Shown here: piece after piece, positions 1-17,081 of the stretch
How the letters are laid out: each line of letters starts with the position of its first letter
Position numbering within the stretch: the first letter of the stretch is position 1
NCBI GenBank assembly: GCA_033442325.1
Contig: JAWQFM010000032.1
Span: 680,117 to 717,789, forward strand
From: Salpingoeca rosetta
Lineage: Eukaryota > Protista > Choanoflagellata
Length of the DNA stretch: 37,673 nucleotides
Reading direction: 5' to 3'
Notes under the pieces: model-generated
What the model was told of the DNA's origin: nothing
Database searches by the model: none
What the model saw: the letters and a program-made list of their open reading frames with translations, nothing else
Made by a program: the position numbers and the translations under genes

Positions 1-155
1 TGTGTGTGTATGTGTGTGTGCTCTTGTTCCCTCTTCCGTTTGTTGACCCGATACATGTCCCGCCCAGATCCCACCCGCTTCGCGACCAACTCACGCTATT
101 CTGTCGCCGTGCACCTTGTTGCGTTGTCGTGCCTGCATGCAACGGGTCCTTGTAG

Positions 156-510
156 ATCCTTCAGGGCGTGTGCAAAGGAAAGCAGGGCATCTTCCCCGGT
201 CACTTGGTCGTCGACACACACTCGGGCGAAAGGTGCGCACCACTGCACGCGCTGTGGGACAGGATACGTATGCAGTGCAGTGGTGTCTGTGTCTGTGTGC
301 GTCTGTCTGTGTCTGTGTGCAGGTTTCCTGGTATCGCTGCAGCTGTGAGCTTCCGGACTTGCACGCGTGTTCATGTCTTCACTCTCCGCTGTGGATTGCC
401 TGCAGGCTCGGCGACCCCGCCCTCCACTACAAGATGGGCGTCAAGTGCTTCATCGTCGGCAACTACAAGGCCACGGTGCGAGCTTGCTGCAACTGTTCAT
501 GTCCGGTCTG

Positions 511-568
<58 letters not shown>

Positions 569-2145
569 GCTGTTCTGTCGTTTTCTTGACCTTGTTCTTC
601 ATTTGTCTGTCTTGATTTTACGTCTTGTCCTTCGTGCTTGCGCGTGTCTGTCGACCCCCCCCCCCCCACATTCACCTTGTGCCCTGTGCCCTACGGCTGT
701 AATTGTGTTGTTTTCAACTACGTTCGTTGCCTGCATACACGCATCCGTGCGTCCACGAATTTAGAAACGCGGTGAGCTGTCTGTGAGCCAGGGCGACAGC
801 GTGTACGTTCCCATCCTCAACAACAACCCCATGATTCAAGGTGTGTATCTGGGTTGCAAACATTGCCGTTTGCGGTGTGGTCATTGTCATGCATGGCTTT
901 GTGTCCTTACTTAAAGCCCTCACCGCCTTTCGCTGCCCCCAACCACTCGTTTCACAAACCACAACACACCCCACGTCAAAAACCACACCACACTACACGT
1001 CACACCACGAACTACGAACCACAACACACCACGGCAACACTTCACACCACATCGCAAACGTCACACGCCACGGCAGTTGTGTGCAAGGGGAAGGTTGGGC
1101 TGGTGCCGCGCAAGTTTGTCGTGGACGAGGAGGAGCGAGAGCGCATGCAGCAGGAACAGGCGGACGTGGCAAAACAGATTGTGCGCCTGCAGGCCATCAA
1201 GCCCTACAAGGGCCGACCAGGGTGGCTCACCTTTACCTACTTTGACGTGGTGCTCGTGCCCAAGCCCTGCGAGGGCGACGTCTGGGAAGGCGTGTGCAAG
1301 GTCCGTTGACGTGACTTTGCTTGTGTGTGCATGTGTGTGTGTCTGTGTGCATGTGTGTGTGTGTCTGTGTGTGTCTGTGTGTGTCTGTGTGTGTCTGTGC
1401 TTGTGTGTGTGTGTGTGTCTGTGTTTGTGCGTGTTTGCCAGTCTTTCCATCTGTCTCCTCCTTTGTGGCAGCTCACGCATCGCCTCCACTCTTCCCTCCA
1501 TCCCTTCCTCCCCCATCACACCCATGATCATCATCATCACCACCACCACCACCACCACCACCACCACCACCACCACCACTACAGGGTAACGTGGGCAAGT
1601 TTTACCGCGGGCACCTCGTGGACACGGCGACGCACACCAAGGAAGAAATAGAGAAGCTCGTGCAGGAGCACAAGGCGCAACAGCAGCAGCAGCAGGGAGA
1701 GCGCGCCAGCAGTAGTGGCGGTGGTGATGGTGATGCGTTTGACCCATTCACGGCAGCAGACAGCACCGCCACGGGGAGCAGCGCTGGTGGTGGTGATGGT
1801 GATGCGTTTGATCCGTTTGCGCCAAACACAACGGCGCCACAGACCGCGACGGGGGGCTTTGACGACGACCCGTTTGCCCCAAAGGACTCGGCACCAGTAG
1901 GCACCCAGCAGCAGCAGCAGGCTGAAGAGGATGACCCATTCATGCCAAAGGTGCATATTGTGTCTGTCTGCGTGTGTGTGTGCCTGTGTGTCTTTGTGTG
2001 TGTCTGTGTGTGTCTGTGTCTGTGTGTGTCTGTGTCTGTGTCTGTCTGTCTGTCTGTCTGTGTTGCTTGTTTTGTCGTTGTCATGGATTGCGCATTTACA
2101 TGAGGGATCACGACCTGCCATGTCGTCTCCGTTTTGACCACCCAG

Positions 2146-2205
<60 letters not shown>

Positions 2206-2316
2206 CTCTCTCTCTCNNNNNNNNNNNNNNNNNNNNNNNNNNNNNNNNNNNNNNNNNNNNNNNNNNNNNNNNNNNNNNNNNNNNNNNNNNNNNNNNNNNN
2301 NNNNNNNNNNNNNNNN

Positions 2317-2389
<73 letters not shown>

Positions 2390-2770
2390 ACTAACTCACT
2401 CACGCTCACGCCTTCACGTGCGCACACCTGCTCGCCAACATTCATTCATACTGCCGTGCTCTCGTAGGGTGAGGCGTTTGATCCCTTTGCGCCAGCACCA
2501 ACCCAGTCGCAGCCCCAACTACAACAGCCGCAGCTGTCGACGGCGTCATCTGCTCGGGGATCGTCACACACCCTCCCGCTGCCCACCGCAGACGCATTTG
2601 CACCCCACGTTCAGCACCAACCACAGCAGCAGCAGCAGAGTGGTGGCGGTGATGAGCGCGTGAGTGGAGGGCCGTCCCCTGCGCGTCGACAGCGCCCGTC
2701 GACAGATCGCGGCCACGTGCAGCTGAACGTGGTGGACGCCGGCCTGTACGAGGATCTCCCGCCCATGTGA
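156..2770 (+). CDS. 3' part of a multi-SH3-like-domain adaptor protein with a DPF-motif-rich tail; the 5' end lies upstream of the window. Exons 156-232, 406-475, 765-840, 1077-1300, 1585-1950, 2468-2770
   Basis: GT-AG junctions join in frame. The protein has three SH3-like units, each ending VCKG(K/N)xG.. (e.g. [25 protein letters not shown]...[15 protein letters not shown] and [24 protein letters not shown]...[19 protein letters not shown]). These are followed by five DPF motifs and a C-terminus LYEDLPPM*. The last intron contains an N gap, so a missing exon cannot be excluded. Confidence 0.8.
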
Positions 2771-3149
2771 GCCATTGATTCAATGCACACGCGGTGTGTT
2801 GCATGCGGCGCGCTGCTGCTGCTACATCACATCCGACGCGGCGAGCCCACGTCAGCGTTTCGTAGGCCGTTGTTCTGGTTGTTCTGGTTGTTCTTGTTGC
2901 TTGGAGTATGTTGTTGTGTTGTTGCTTGGGGCTTTAGTTGGTTTCGTTCTTTCTTTTGTTGTTCTGGTACTTTCACCATCTTACTTACCTTAGATGAACG
3001 CACATCGAACGTGCTGATGGCGTGTAACATGCACGAGATAAAGCGTGTTGCTGCTGTCACTCTTACTGCTGTTTATGTGAACGCGGAGAGAGTGTGTGAG
3101 TGAGTGTGAGAAAGAGACAGAGAGCGAGACGGGGAATGGAGAGAGCGCG

Positions 3150-3199
<50 letters not shown>

Positions 3200-3272
3200 C
3201 TCCTTAAATGGGTCAGTATCCTAAAAATAGGCTCGTTGCAAATCCAAACACAGCAGTTGCGCAGCTGCCAAC

Positions 3273-7802
<4,530 letters not shown>

Positions 7803-7868
7803 TGTCTGTGTGCGTGTCTGTCTGTCTGTCTGTGTGTGTGTGCGTGTCTGTGTGTCTGTGTGTCTGTC

Positions 7869-7910
<42 letters not shown>

Positions 7911-8667
7911 CTCTGTACGTCTGTGTTTGTTTTCTCCCTGTGTGTGTGTGTGCCTGTTTGTGGAAGCTGGCGTGCTGACGTATTCCGTTCTTCCTATGCG
8001 TGCTTGCTTTGCCATTTGCCATTTGCCATTTGCCTCGACGGCATTTGTGTGCTGCCACCATGCGCTGTAGTCTTGAGCGCCCCTCCCTCTCCTTCTGCAC
8101 CCACCTGTTGTCCGCCTTTGCGTCTGTGGTCTTTGCATAGTCTGTGGTCATAAGTTAAAAACGCCACCCGCTCGTCTTCTCATCATCTCAAGTCGTGTCC
8201 GGATTTTGTGTGCTGGGCAATTTCGTCCCACAAACGTCGTGTCGCACTTCCACACATTCTCACCGATTGTGACATGGCAACTCTCTTCCTTCTTGCTTTG
8301 CTTTGCTTGTTGGTTGCGCTCACAAGCCAGTCAACGAACAAGCCAACGACAACAACAACAAGAAGTGAGCTCTCCGCCACCACTCCCGCCATCATGGCAC
8401 TTTTCACACCGCAGCCAACCTAACCAAACAAAACAAGCAAGCAAGGTGAGCGCGTCGATCTCTTTGGCTTGGTGTTGTTGTTTTGCGTGTTGGCCTCGTT
8501 TGCTTGCCTCGTTTGCTTGCCTTGTCTCCTGGCTGCTTGCCTCGTTTGCTTGCCTTGACTTGTGTGGCTGTGTTCCGTCAACCACTTTTTTTACCACACT
8601 CACAGCACAACACACAACACACAACACACAACACAGCACAGGACATCTTTGAAACAACACAGGCGAT

Positions 8668-11354
8668 ATGGTTGGACTGCGGCTGCGCCATTCTTTGCGG
8701 CATTGGTGTCGGCAATGCCGCGATGACAGCCCCCACCTCCTGGCGGTTTTGCTGGCCCTCCTGGCCGTGCTGTGTGTTTCCAACGCCCCGACCACGTACG
8801 CTGCTGCACCGAGCGTGCAATGTACGCTGTCGCAACTGGTGGCCGGCGTGAACTGCACAGAGCGCTTCGATTTCGGGAGAGTCACCCTCGTCATCACCAA
8901 CGATATTCCCCTCGACGAGCCTTGTCCGGCACTGCCAGAGGAGGAGGAAGAAGGAGGCAACACGCCCACCCCTCAAACAAGAGCCAGGCGCATCCTGTCC
9001 AACCGTGTCGCTGGCTTGGACATTGACGGAACGGCTGCCATCGGGGCGGATGCCGACACAATCGCGTGTGCTCTGAGCGCAACCACCACTTGGAAGCAGC
9101 TGAGCAGGTTCGAGCTTGCCGGATACCAGTCGAGCGTGCTGGACTTGACGGTGCTGCTGCCAGCGGCGTCCAACCTGAAGTATCTCCTGCTCACAGACAA
9201 CAGTCTGACACAGGTGGTGAACTCCAACGATGTGGTGTTTCCCTCGCTCGAGCAGCTGAACCTGGCCGGCAACGCCCTCTCCACGGTGCCGCGCGTGTTC
9301 CACTCCATGCCCAAGCTCACCCTCGTCAGCTTTTACAAGAACAGGCTGCGCGCTCTCGACGATGCGTACGGCAACCCACTCAGCCTGGCCCCCACGCTAA
9401 ACGTCCTCAACCTCCACACCAACTTTCTCGGTGCGCTGCCTGCGCACGCCTTCCTCAACCTCACCGCCCTTAACGAGCTGTACCTCGACAACAACAAGCT
9501 CACCACCATCCACGATGACGCCTTTGTCGGGCTCACCCGCCTGACCACGCTCTCCCTGGACAACAACCCACTCACCACCCTGCCGCAACGCGTCATCCAC
9601 AACATCACCACCCTGACCACCCTGTCCATCGAAGCTTTGCAGCTGCGCACGCTGCCCGCACGCGCATTTGCCAGAGCAAACGCCCTCACCTCCCTCGACT
9701 TGACTGCCAACCTCATCAGCAACCTCACCAGCGACACGTTTGTCGGCCTGAGTGCGCTGGAGTACCTGGACCTGAGCGCCAACGCCATCACGGCGCTTGC
9801 CCCCGGCTACTTCTCTCCGCTCACCAGCCTCAACAACATCTCCCTCGCCAACAACCTCATCACCACCCTCCCCACAGACACATTTGCGGGCCTGACAAAG
9901 CTGCTGCGCGTGAACCTCGACAGGAACCGCATCACGCAGCTGCCCGACACGCTTCTCCACGCCGCAGCCAACCTGTCCATCCTCGGCCTGGCAGAGAACG
10001 GCATTGGCGCGCTTCCCTCGGACCTGCTCACGTCACACACCATGCTGACTGGGGTGCGGCTCCAGGCCAACCGCATACCTGAGGTGGACGTGACGGGCCT
10101 CACGCGGCTGCTGAACCTTGTGCTGCATCAGAACCCGCTGCGCACGCTCACGGGCGTGTCCACGCTGCTGGCCCTTCGGACCCTCAACATCAACGACCAC
10201 CAGCTTGACGAGATTGACCTGCACGACGTGTTCCACCTGTCGAACCTCATCACGCTGCAGGTCGCAGCAGACCGGGGCAGGAGCGCAACGCATGCTGCTG
10301 TTGACCGCCAGCTGTACGCCAACAGCGCATGGCTCCGGGAGGTGCAGGCGAACATGTCTGGCATCAGCACGCTCGACCTGCGCAACCTGGCTATCTACGA
10401 CGCGGACCTGGCGCTCTTCAACGAGACGACGCTCAGCTCGTTTGGCATTGGCTGGTCCGAGATGCGCAACGAGTCGTTTCTGCAGGCCATCACCCCCTCC
10501 TTCAACGACGTTGTGCAGGAGCTGTTTGTGACCCACACGCAGATTCCGGAGATTCGCCTGCCAGACACCATTGAGTTTGGTGGCATCCACGTGCGCAACA
10601 ACCCCGTGCTGACATCGCTCGTCATCCCCTCGGACGCAACATATGTCAACGTGTCCAACTGCCCGCAGCTGCAGAACTTCACTGCAAGGACCGTGCACAC
10701 ACTCGACATCAGCGGCACGCGCATTCGCATCAGCCCCGCCCTCTGTGTGACGCTGGGCGAGTCGAGCCTGTTTGCCCGCAACATGCTCAGCTTCGAACAC
10801 GACGCGGCGACGACGACGGCGCTGCAGGAGATGATGCACCGCTGCCTGCACCGGGTGCAGGTGCTGGACATGAGCGACAACGGGTGGCTCAACCGGCTGG
10901 ACACGGTGCGCGCGGGGACGGGAGACACCATCGCGCTCACCAGCTCCGCCGTGGAGACGGCGAGTGGAACCAACTTGCAGTTCCGCCCCACCATCCCCAT
11001 CATCACCATCCAGCGCTCCCCAATCACGTGCACACTCCAGCTGGCGAGCATTCGGACTGGCTCGAGCAGCCTCTCCACCGTTGTCGGCTTCTCGTACGTG
11101 TGCTCGTGTTCGCGTGGGTTTCACCAGGCCGGTGACCGCTGCAAGCCCACGCGTCCGCCAACACTCGAGATTACCCTCGGCACCGTCTTTGCCGTCGTCC
11201 CACTCTGGTGTGTGTAGATGTGTTGTTCGTATGTGTTGTGCGTGTGTGGGGGGAGGTGTATGTGCGTGCATATGTATGTGTGGATGTGTGTGTGTGCGTG
11301 TGCGTGTGTGTAGCTGTGGGTACTTTGATGTGGTTGCTTTTGCGTCGTCTCTTA

Positions 11355-11437
<83 letters not shown>

Positions 11438-12271
11438 CTCCACGCGTGCATGCGCGTCCCTGTACCAACGTATCCCAGGACCTTGCCTGTGCTCTTGCTC
11501 ACTCTTCCACCAGCCTAATTTATTGTTGACACCCTTGAACCCTCAATCCCTGCCCCGTCTTCTCTTCTGCACAGCTTCTACCTGACGCGGCTGCTGTTCC
11601 GGCGGCGCGTGCGTTTCCTGCACGAGCAGAAGGAGCTCAAGGAGCGGCTGCTGCAGGCCGAGCAGGCCGACGTGCTGGCCCTGGAGGAGGCAAGGAAGAT
11701 TGGCTATGGCGAGATGCACCCGCTTCGCCGCATCGCACACGGCGCGTCTGGGGAGGTGTGGGAGGCCGAGTGGGACGGCATCACGGTGGCGCTGAAGGTG
11801 CTGCGGCAGAACGTGGGCTTCTTTGACGCGGCGCAGCGGCAGGAGTTTGACACGGAGGTGAAGTTTCTGCAGCGCACGCGACATCCAAATGTCGTGCGCT
11901 TCTTTGGTGCGGGCACCACCCCCACGGGGTTGCCGTTCCTTGTGCTGGAGTTTGTACCGTTTGGCTCCATGCGAGACCTCCTGCGGAGCGACTTGGCAGA
12001 CGTGTTGCGCAAGCACGTGCAGGCGCTGTCATCGTCATCGACATCGTCGACACCGTGGGCGTCACGTTCGTGGCGGCACAGCACCACAACACTGCTTGTG
12101 GACGACCAGCAGGAAGCCGAGTGTGTGCTCATCGACAGCGCCATTGGCGGCGGCGGTGGCGGCTTTGGTCCCGTCAACACCACCGTCACCACCGTGCTTG
12201 GGCTCAAGCTTCGCCTGGCCTTTGATGTTGCCAGCGGCATGGCCTTTATCCACTCCCTCGACCAGCTGCAC

Positions 12272-12333
<62 letters not shown>

Positions 12334-12997
12334 GTGTGTGTGTGCGTGTGTGCGTGTGTGTGTGTGTGCGTGTGTGCGTGTGTGCGTGTGTGCGTGTGCA
12401 TATTTGTGGCGTTTGAACAGATGGCAACGTTATCATGTACGTATGACCCATCTCGTATGCACTCACGTCTACACACCACCACGCTTCACCCTTTGTGTTC
12501 TTCGGCCTTCTATACCCTTGCACCTGCCTTGCTTGCGCCAGGGACCTCAAGAGCGGTAACGTGCTTGTGTCGAACCGGCTGCGCGCGAAAATCTCCGACT
12601 TTGGGACGATTCGCCAGCGCCTGGGGGCCGAGCCACAGCCACACGCCGCCGCAGCAGATGTGCCGTACTCGCAGGAGGTTGGCGGGCAGACGCTGCAGCT
12701 TGCACTGACGGCGGGTGTGGGCACACCGCTGTACATGGCGCCAGAGGCCCTGCCGGGGAGCGAGTATGACCAGAAGGCAGACGTGTTCAGCTTTGGCGTG
12801 CTACTATGGGAGATTGCGACGCAGCGCACCCCTGATCTGATTGAGCAAGAGTTACCCGGGTACCAGGGCCCGATGCTGGCCACGCTCGCACAGCTGCTCG
12901 GAGACGGCAAGCGGCTGCAGTTTCCAACCAAGTTCGGTGCGTAAGGAGTTGGGGGGGGGGGAGAAGGGGGTTGATGTGTTTTGCGTTAGTGTATGTG

Positions 12998-13051
<54 letters not shown>

Positions 13052-13243
13052 GTGTGTGTGTGTGTCGTGTGTGTGGGGTGCGAGGGATTGTGCTAATGCG
13101 TGTGAACCCAGGCGCAGTATGTGAAGGCGCTTGCGGCAGCAAANNNNNNNNNNNNNNNNNNNNNNNNNNNNNNNNNNNNNNNNNNNNNNNNNNNNNNNNN
13201 NNNNNNNNNNNNNNNNNNNNNNNNNNNNNNNNNNNNNNNNNNN

Positions 13244-13304
<61 letters not shown>

Positions 13305-13572
13305 GCACACACACACACACAAGCACACGCTGACAGACTCACACTCAGCCCTTCACAGCAACACTCATCCTTGTCTCCACCCTCATTCGTCCGCCTTTGC
13401 TCCTGTGTTGTGCATGTGTGTCATTGCAGAGGTTGGGTTTCCGTCGTGGTTCCAGGGCTTGGCTGAGCAGTGCATGCACCAACAGCCACACGAGCGCCCA
13501 CCGTTTACTGAGATTTGCCATCGACTGACATCCACGTCCAAGGTGCAAGACCTTCACGACTCCATGTTGTGA
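8668..13572 (+). CDS. Leucine-rich-repeat receptor-like protein kinase (TKL group), about 1258 aa. Exons 8668-11207, 11575-12273, 12542-12936, 13430-13572
   Basis: A hydrophobic signal segment is followed by many LxxLxLxxNxLxxL repeats and a Cys-rich EGF-like patch (CSCSRGFHQAGDRC). The TM segment (ITLGTVFAVVPLCFYL, split by an intron) is followed by RRRVR. Kinase motifs: AHGASGEV, VALK, HPNVVRFFG, HRDLKSGN (split by an intron), DFG, GTPLYMAPE, DVFSFGVLLWE, C...P.ERP. Exons total 3777 nt in frame. Confidence 0.9.
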
Positions 13573-14020
13573 CTATGTGTGTATAAGTGTGTATGTGGGT
13601 GGGTGTCTGTCTGTCCTTTGTATTGTGTGTGTGTTTGAGTGTGTGTGTGTGTCTGTCTGTCTGTCTGTATTGCTCGTGTGTGTGTGTGTGTGTGTGTGTT
13701 TGTTTGTCTGCCCGCCTGTCATTTTGTGCTTGTGTGTCTGTCTGCTACATGACGTGTACATAAAGCTTGCACTTGTACGAAGAACGAATACACATGACAC
13801 TCCAACACTTTAATCACAATGTTTATTGGGCGACAACATCGCCAGAGGATAGGCCAAGCGGTTCACAATAGGAAAAACAACGTGCATGTACGCACGCGCG
13901 CAGACACACACACACACACATCTCGTCACGTACACACACACACACAGACACACACACACACAGATACACACATCCATACCGTCACACGCACATACACACA
14001 CGCGCGCGTGTGCGCACGTC

Positions 14021-16573
14021 TCAGGCTGATTGCATGGGCAGCTTCTGGGTGAGTTCCTGCAAGAGCTCCTTCAGCTCCAGCAGCTGCGATGACTGACGTG
14101 CGAGACCGTGCAGCACCTCCGCTGTGCCCATTTCCCGCAACACGATCAGCTGCTTCCGCCCAAACCCCAGCACGCGGTCCAGGAACACGAGCATGTTGTA
14201 GAGCACGTCTGCGCTGCCAACACCGCGCAGGACAGCACCTACAGTGAACGATTGCACACCCTGCTGGTTGGTGGAGGAGTCTCCGCTGCTGCCAGTGCCA
14301 GTCGTGGTGCTGTCGCGCTGTGTGGGTGGGAATACGCCCTGGCTGAGTTCAAGCTCACGCTCGCTCCGCTCCGCCAACAGGCGCATCAGGTCATGCAGCA
14401 CCGACACGTCCTCCTTAGCCAACACGCGCTTGCCGGCCCGCCGTGTGCGCGTGGTGTTGAGCAGACACTCGCTGAGCGGCCAGAGGACGTCGTGATCGTT
14501 GCGAAACCGCACCATTGCCGCCAACAGCACGCCAACCACATCCAGCAGCGGGAGCAGCTGCCCATCACCATCTGCACCGTTGATGCCCTCTCGTCCGGCC
14601 CCGCTCTCGGACACAGCAAGCGCAGCAGACAGTATCTCTGCAGTTGTTGGGGGTGCCGACGACGATGACGACGACGACGACGACGACGATGTTGATGATG
14701 ATGGAGGAGCTGGTGTTCGTGCAGGGGCAGGCACCGACAACGGTGCACCACTCGTGCTTGAATCCTGGGACGCGGTTGTGCTGGTGGCTGACGAGCGAGA
14801 GTCCCTGTCCCGCTCTCCACGGATGCCGCTGTCGCCGCTGTTAGTGCTGTTGTTGTTGTTGCTGCTGTTGGTGTTGCTGCTGCCGCCGTCGCCGCGCCTG
14901 ATGCGCCAAGGCCCAGGCGACCCCATCACCCCCGACTGCTGCATGAGCGACAGCGCGGCCGTGCGAACCGTGTCCGCGTCTCGCCAGCACATGCGCATGC
15001 TCGCTATGGTGGCGCTGCGGAAGAGGAAGAAGTCCAGCTGCCGCACGGGGCCGTAGCGCGTGAAGATGGAGAAGAGGGCCGAGTGGGCGCAGCGAGCAAA
15101 CGCCCACACCGGGTATGCACGGGACAGCCCGTTGACAATTTCCACGGCAATGCACTCCCAGATGAGCGGGGGCAGCATACGTGGAGTGCGGGCGAGCGCC
15201 TCCACCAGCTTGCAGACCCATGGCCGCGTGTGCCCAGATGCGATGAGCACGGCGCGGCGCTGTTCGCTTGCCGCAACTCCGTGGTCAAGCACCTCCGGGT
15301 GAAGGCAGTGGAGCGTCTCCGTCACCAGCCCCGCGACCCCCTGCTGGCACATGACGTGGCGGTGCTCTTCGTCAATGGCCGCGAGGGCAGTAAGCGTCTT
15401 CCAGCCAACGTCGCTGTGGCAGTGCTGGCTCACAAACAACATCACAGGTTGCACTGTCTCCTGTGCTGGAAGCGCGCCGTAGTAGCCCGCGCGTGCCGTA
15501 AGGAGCAGCACCATACACGCACCGTGGCGCACGCTTGGGTCGGCGTGCGAGTGCATGGCCTGCAGGGCCGCCTCAACAGCAGCGCGTCGCAGGTCCTCGG
15601 CGAGCGCTGGCGACGCAGCAAGCTGGAGCACGCCCATACCATACTGCTGCACAAGCGGGGACGCAGCGCACTGGCTCATGGCACCGACGGCAGCGCTCAC
15701 AATGCCGGAACACAGCAGCGGGCTGTCCAGGTCCTCCAGGCTGATGCGGTGGGACAGCGCCCGCAGCGCATGTGCGATGATGTCCGGGTTGTGGCGGCAC
15801 TTTTCCAGGAGCACCACAAGCACGTCCGTCTCGACCAAGGCCCAGCGCGCCTGCGCGTTGCGCGAGAGCAGGAGCAGGGTGTCAGCAGCCGCATGCTGGA
15901 CGCGAATTGCGGCACGGAACGTGCGCACGATCCGTGACAGGACCGCCACGCCTTGTTGGAGAGGGAGCAGGTTCGGGTGCAGCCTGAGCAGCTCCTTCAA
16001 GAGCAAGCAACCCTGCAACTGCACATCGTACTTGGAGCTGTGGGTCTCCATGGCCTTGAGCACCATAGGCCATGCCGCCGTAAGGTCATGGTCCCGCTGT
16101 TCTGCAGCTTCAACAACCGCGCGCAGCACGCCCATGCCGTTCACCTGCACATCCACAGCCTCCATATGGGCAGGGAGACATGAAAGAACGGTGCGCAAGA
16201 CCATGGCGTGGTCATTCCGCGCTTGTGTATCTTCGCTACTCGTTGTTGTTCGAGTCCGTGTGGTGACTGCTTCTGTCGCTGCTGACTCGAATGCTGTCGT
16301 GGCTGAAGGGAGTGGTCCTGTTGCTTGTCTCGGCACTGAAGCAGAACCTGAGGGAGTACGGGCAGCCTCTGCCTGCGTTGATGCCCTCACTGATGAGAGC
16401 CGCTCCAAGAGGTGAGCGAGACCAAAGCTCACCACACTTGGGCTGGCCCGTCCCCTGCGAATCACATCACACAGCTGAACCACGGAGAGGGATGCCGCGT
16501 CTCGCCTCTGGAGGCGGTCCAGCGCCGATCTCTCCGTGTCCTGCACCTCCACGCGTTGCCCACCTTCACTCAT
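14021..16573 (-). CDS. Armadillo/HEAT-like repeat protein, about 850 aa, with a low-complexity Ser/Asn/Gly insert
   Basis: Long ORF with recurring helical repeats such as AMETHSSKYDVQLQGCLLLKEL, AMSQCAASPLVQQYGMGVLQL and AMHSHADPSVRHGACMVL. The ATG at 16573 is immediately preceded by a TTTGCAG acceptor, so an upstream exon (UTR or coding) is likely. The ORF-track extension to 16870 runs through a microsatellite. Confidence 0.7.
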   Translation of the reverse strand: MSEGGQRVEVQDTERSALDRLQRRDAASLSVVQLCDVIRRGRASPSVVSFGLAHLLERLSSVRASTQAEAARTPSGSASVPRQATGPLPSATTAFESAATEAVTTRTRTTTSSEDTQARNDHAMVLRTVLSCLPAHMEAVDVQVNGMGVLRAVVEAAEQRDHDLTAAWPMVLKAMETHSSKYDVQLQGCLLLKELLRLHPNLLPLQQGVAVLSRIVRTFRAAIRVQHAAADTLLLLSRNAQARWALVETDVLVVLLEKCRHNPDIIAHALRALSHRISLEDLDSPLLCSGIVSAAVGAMSQCAASPLVQQYGMGVLQLAASPALAEDLRRAAVEAALQAMHSHADPSVRHGACMVLLLTARAGYYGALPAQETVQPVMLFVSQHCHSDVGWKTLTALAAIDEEHRHVMCQQGVAGLVTETLHCLHPEVLDHGVAASEQRRAVLIASGHTRPWVCKLVEALARTPRMLPPLIWECIAVEIVNGLSRAYPVWAFARCAHSALFSIFTRYGPVRQLDFFLFRSATIASMRMCWRDADTVRTAALSLMQQSGVMGSPGPWRIRRGDGGSSNTNSSNNNNSTNSGDSGIRGERDRDSRSSATSTTASQDSSTSGAPLSVPAPARTPAPPSSSTSSSSSSSSSSSAPPTTAEILSAALAVSESGAGREGINGADGDGQLLPLLDVVGVLLAAMVRFRNDHDVLWPLSECLLNTTRTRRAGKRVLAKEDVSVLHDLMRLLAERSERELELSQGVFPPTQRDSTTTGTGSSGDSSTNQQGVQSFTVGAVLRGVGSADVLYNMLVFLDRVLGFGRKQLIVLREMGTAEVLHGLARQSSQLLELKELLQELTQKLPMQSA

Positions 16574-16581
16574 CTGCAAAT

Positions 16582-16654
<73 letters not shown>

Positions 16655-17081
16655 TTGGCAGGAGAGGGTCGAGATGAAAGCCAGACCATGAATGAGGCAT
16701 GACGAACGGAGGGTTGTGAAAACGGCTGTCAAGGGGCACCTGAGCGAACAGTCACGCGACAAACCTGGTGTGGTGCCGAAGCAGGGCCAATTCCAATTCA
16801 CCAGGCTGGCGGTGACCCGGAGGGTACGACCGACGTCAAGATGGACGGCATCACTGCGAGAGGTCAGCAAGGTGGAGGATGTCGTAGGAGCAGGTTGGAT
16901 GCGAACTGCTTGCTTCTTGCTTGTTTGTTGTAGTGCGGTCCGATAAATAGGATGGTGTCCTATTCAAATGGTATTGAACAACCACTGTTGTTGAAGTGAG
17001 TAAACGCGACCAAATGCGAGTTCACGATGCCAACGTCACTAAATACGGCGTGCTTTTACAGTGCAAGAGGGGCGAAGTTAA

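Noticed and set aside
11575-13572. Receptor tyrosine kinase assignment
   Set aside because: The catalytic loop HRDLKSGN and P+1 loop GTPLYMAPE are Ser/Thr/TKL-type. Tyr activity is not excluded, but it is not supported by sequence.
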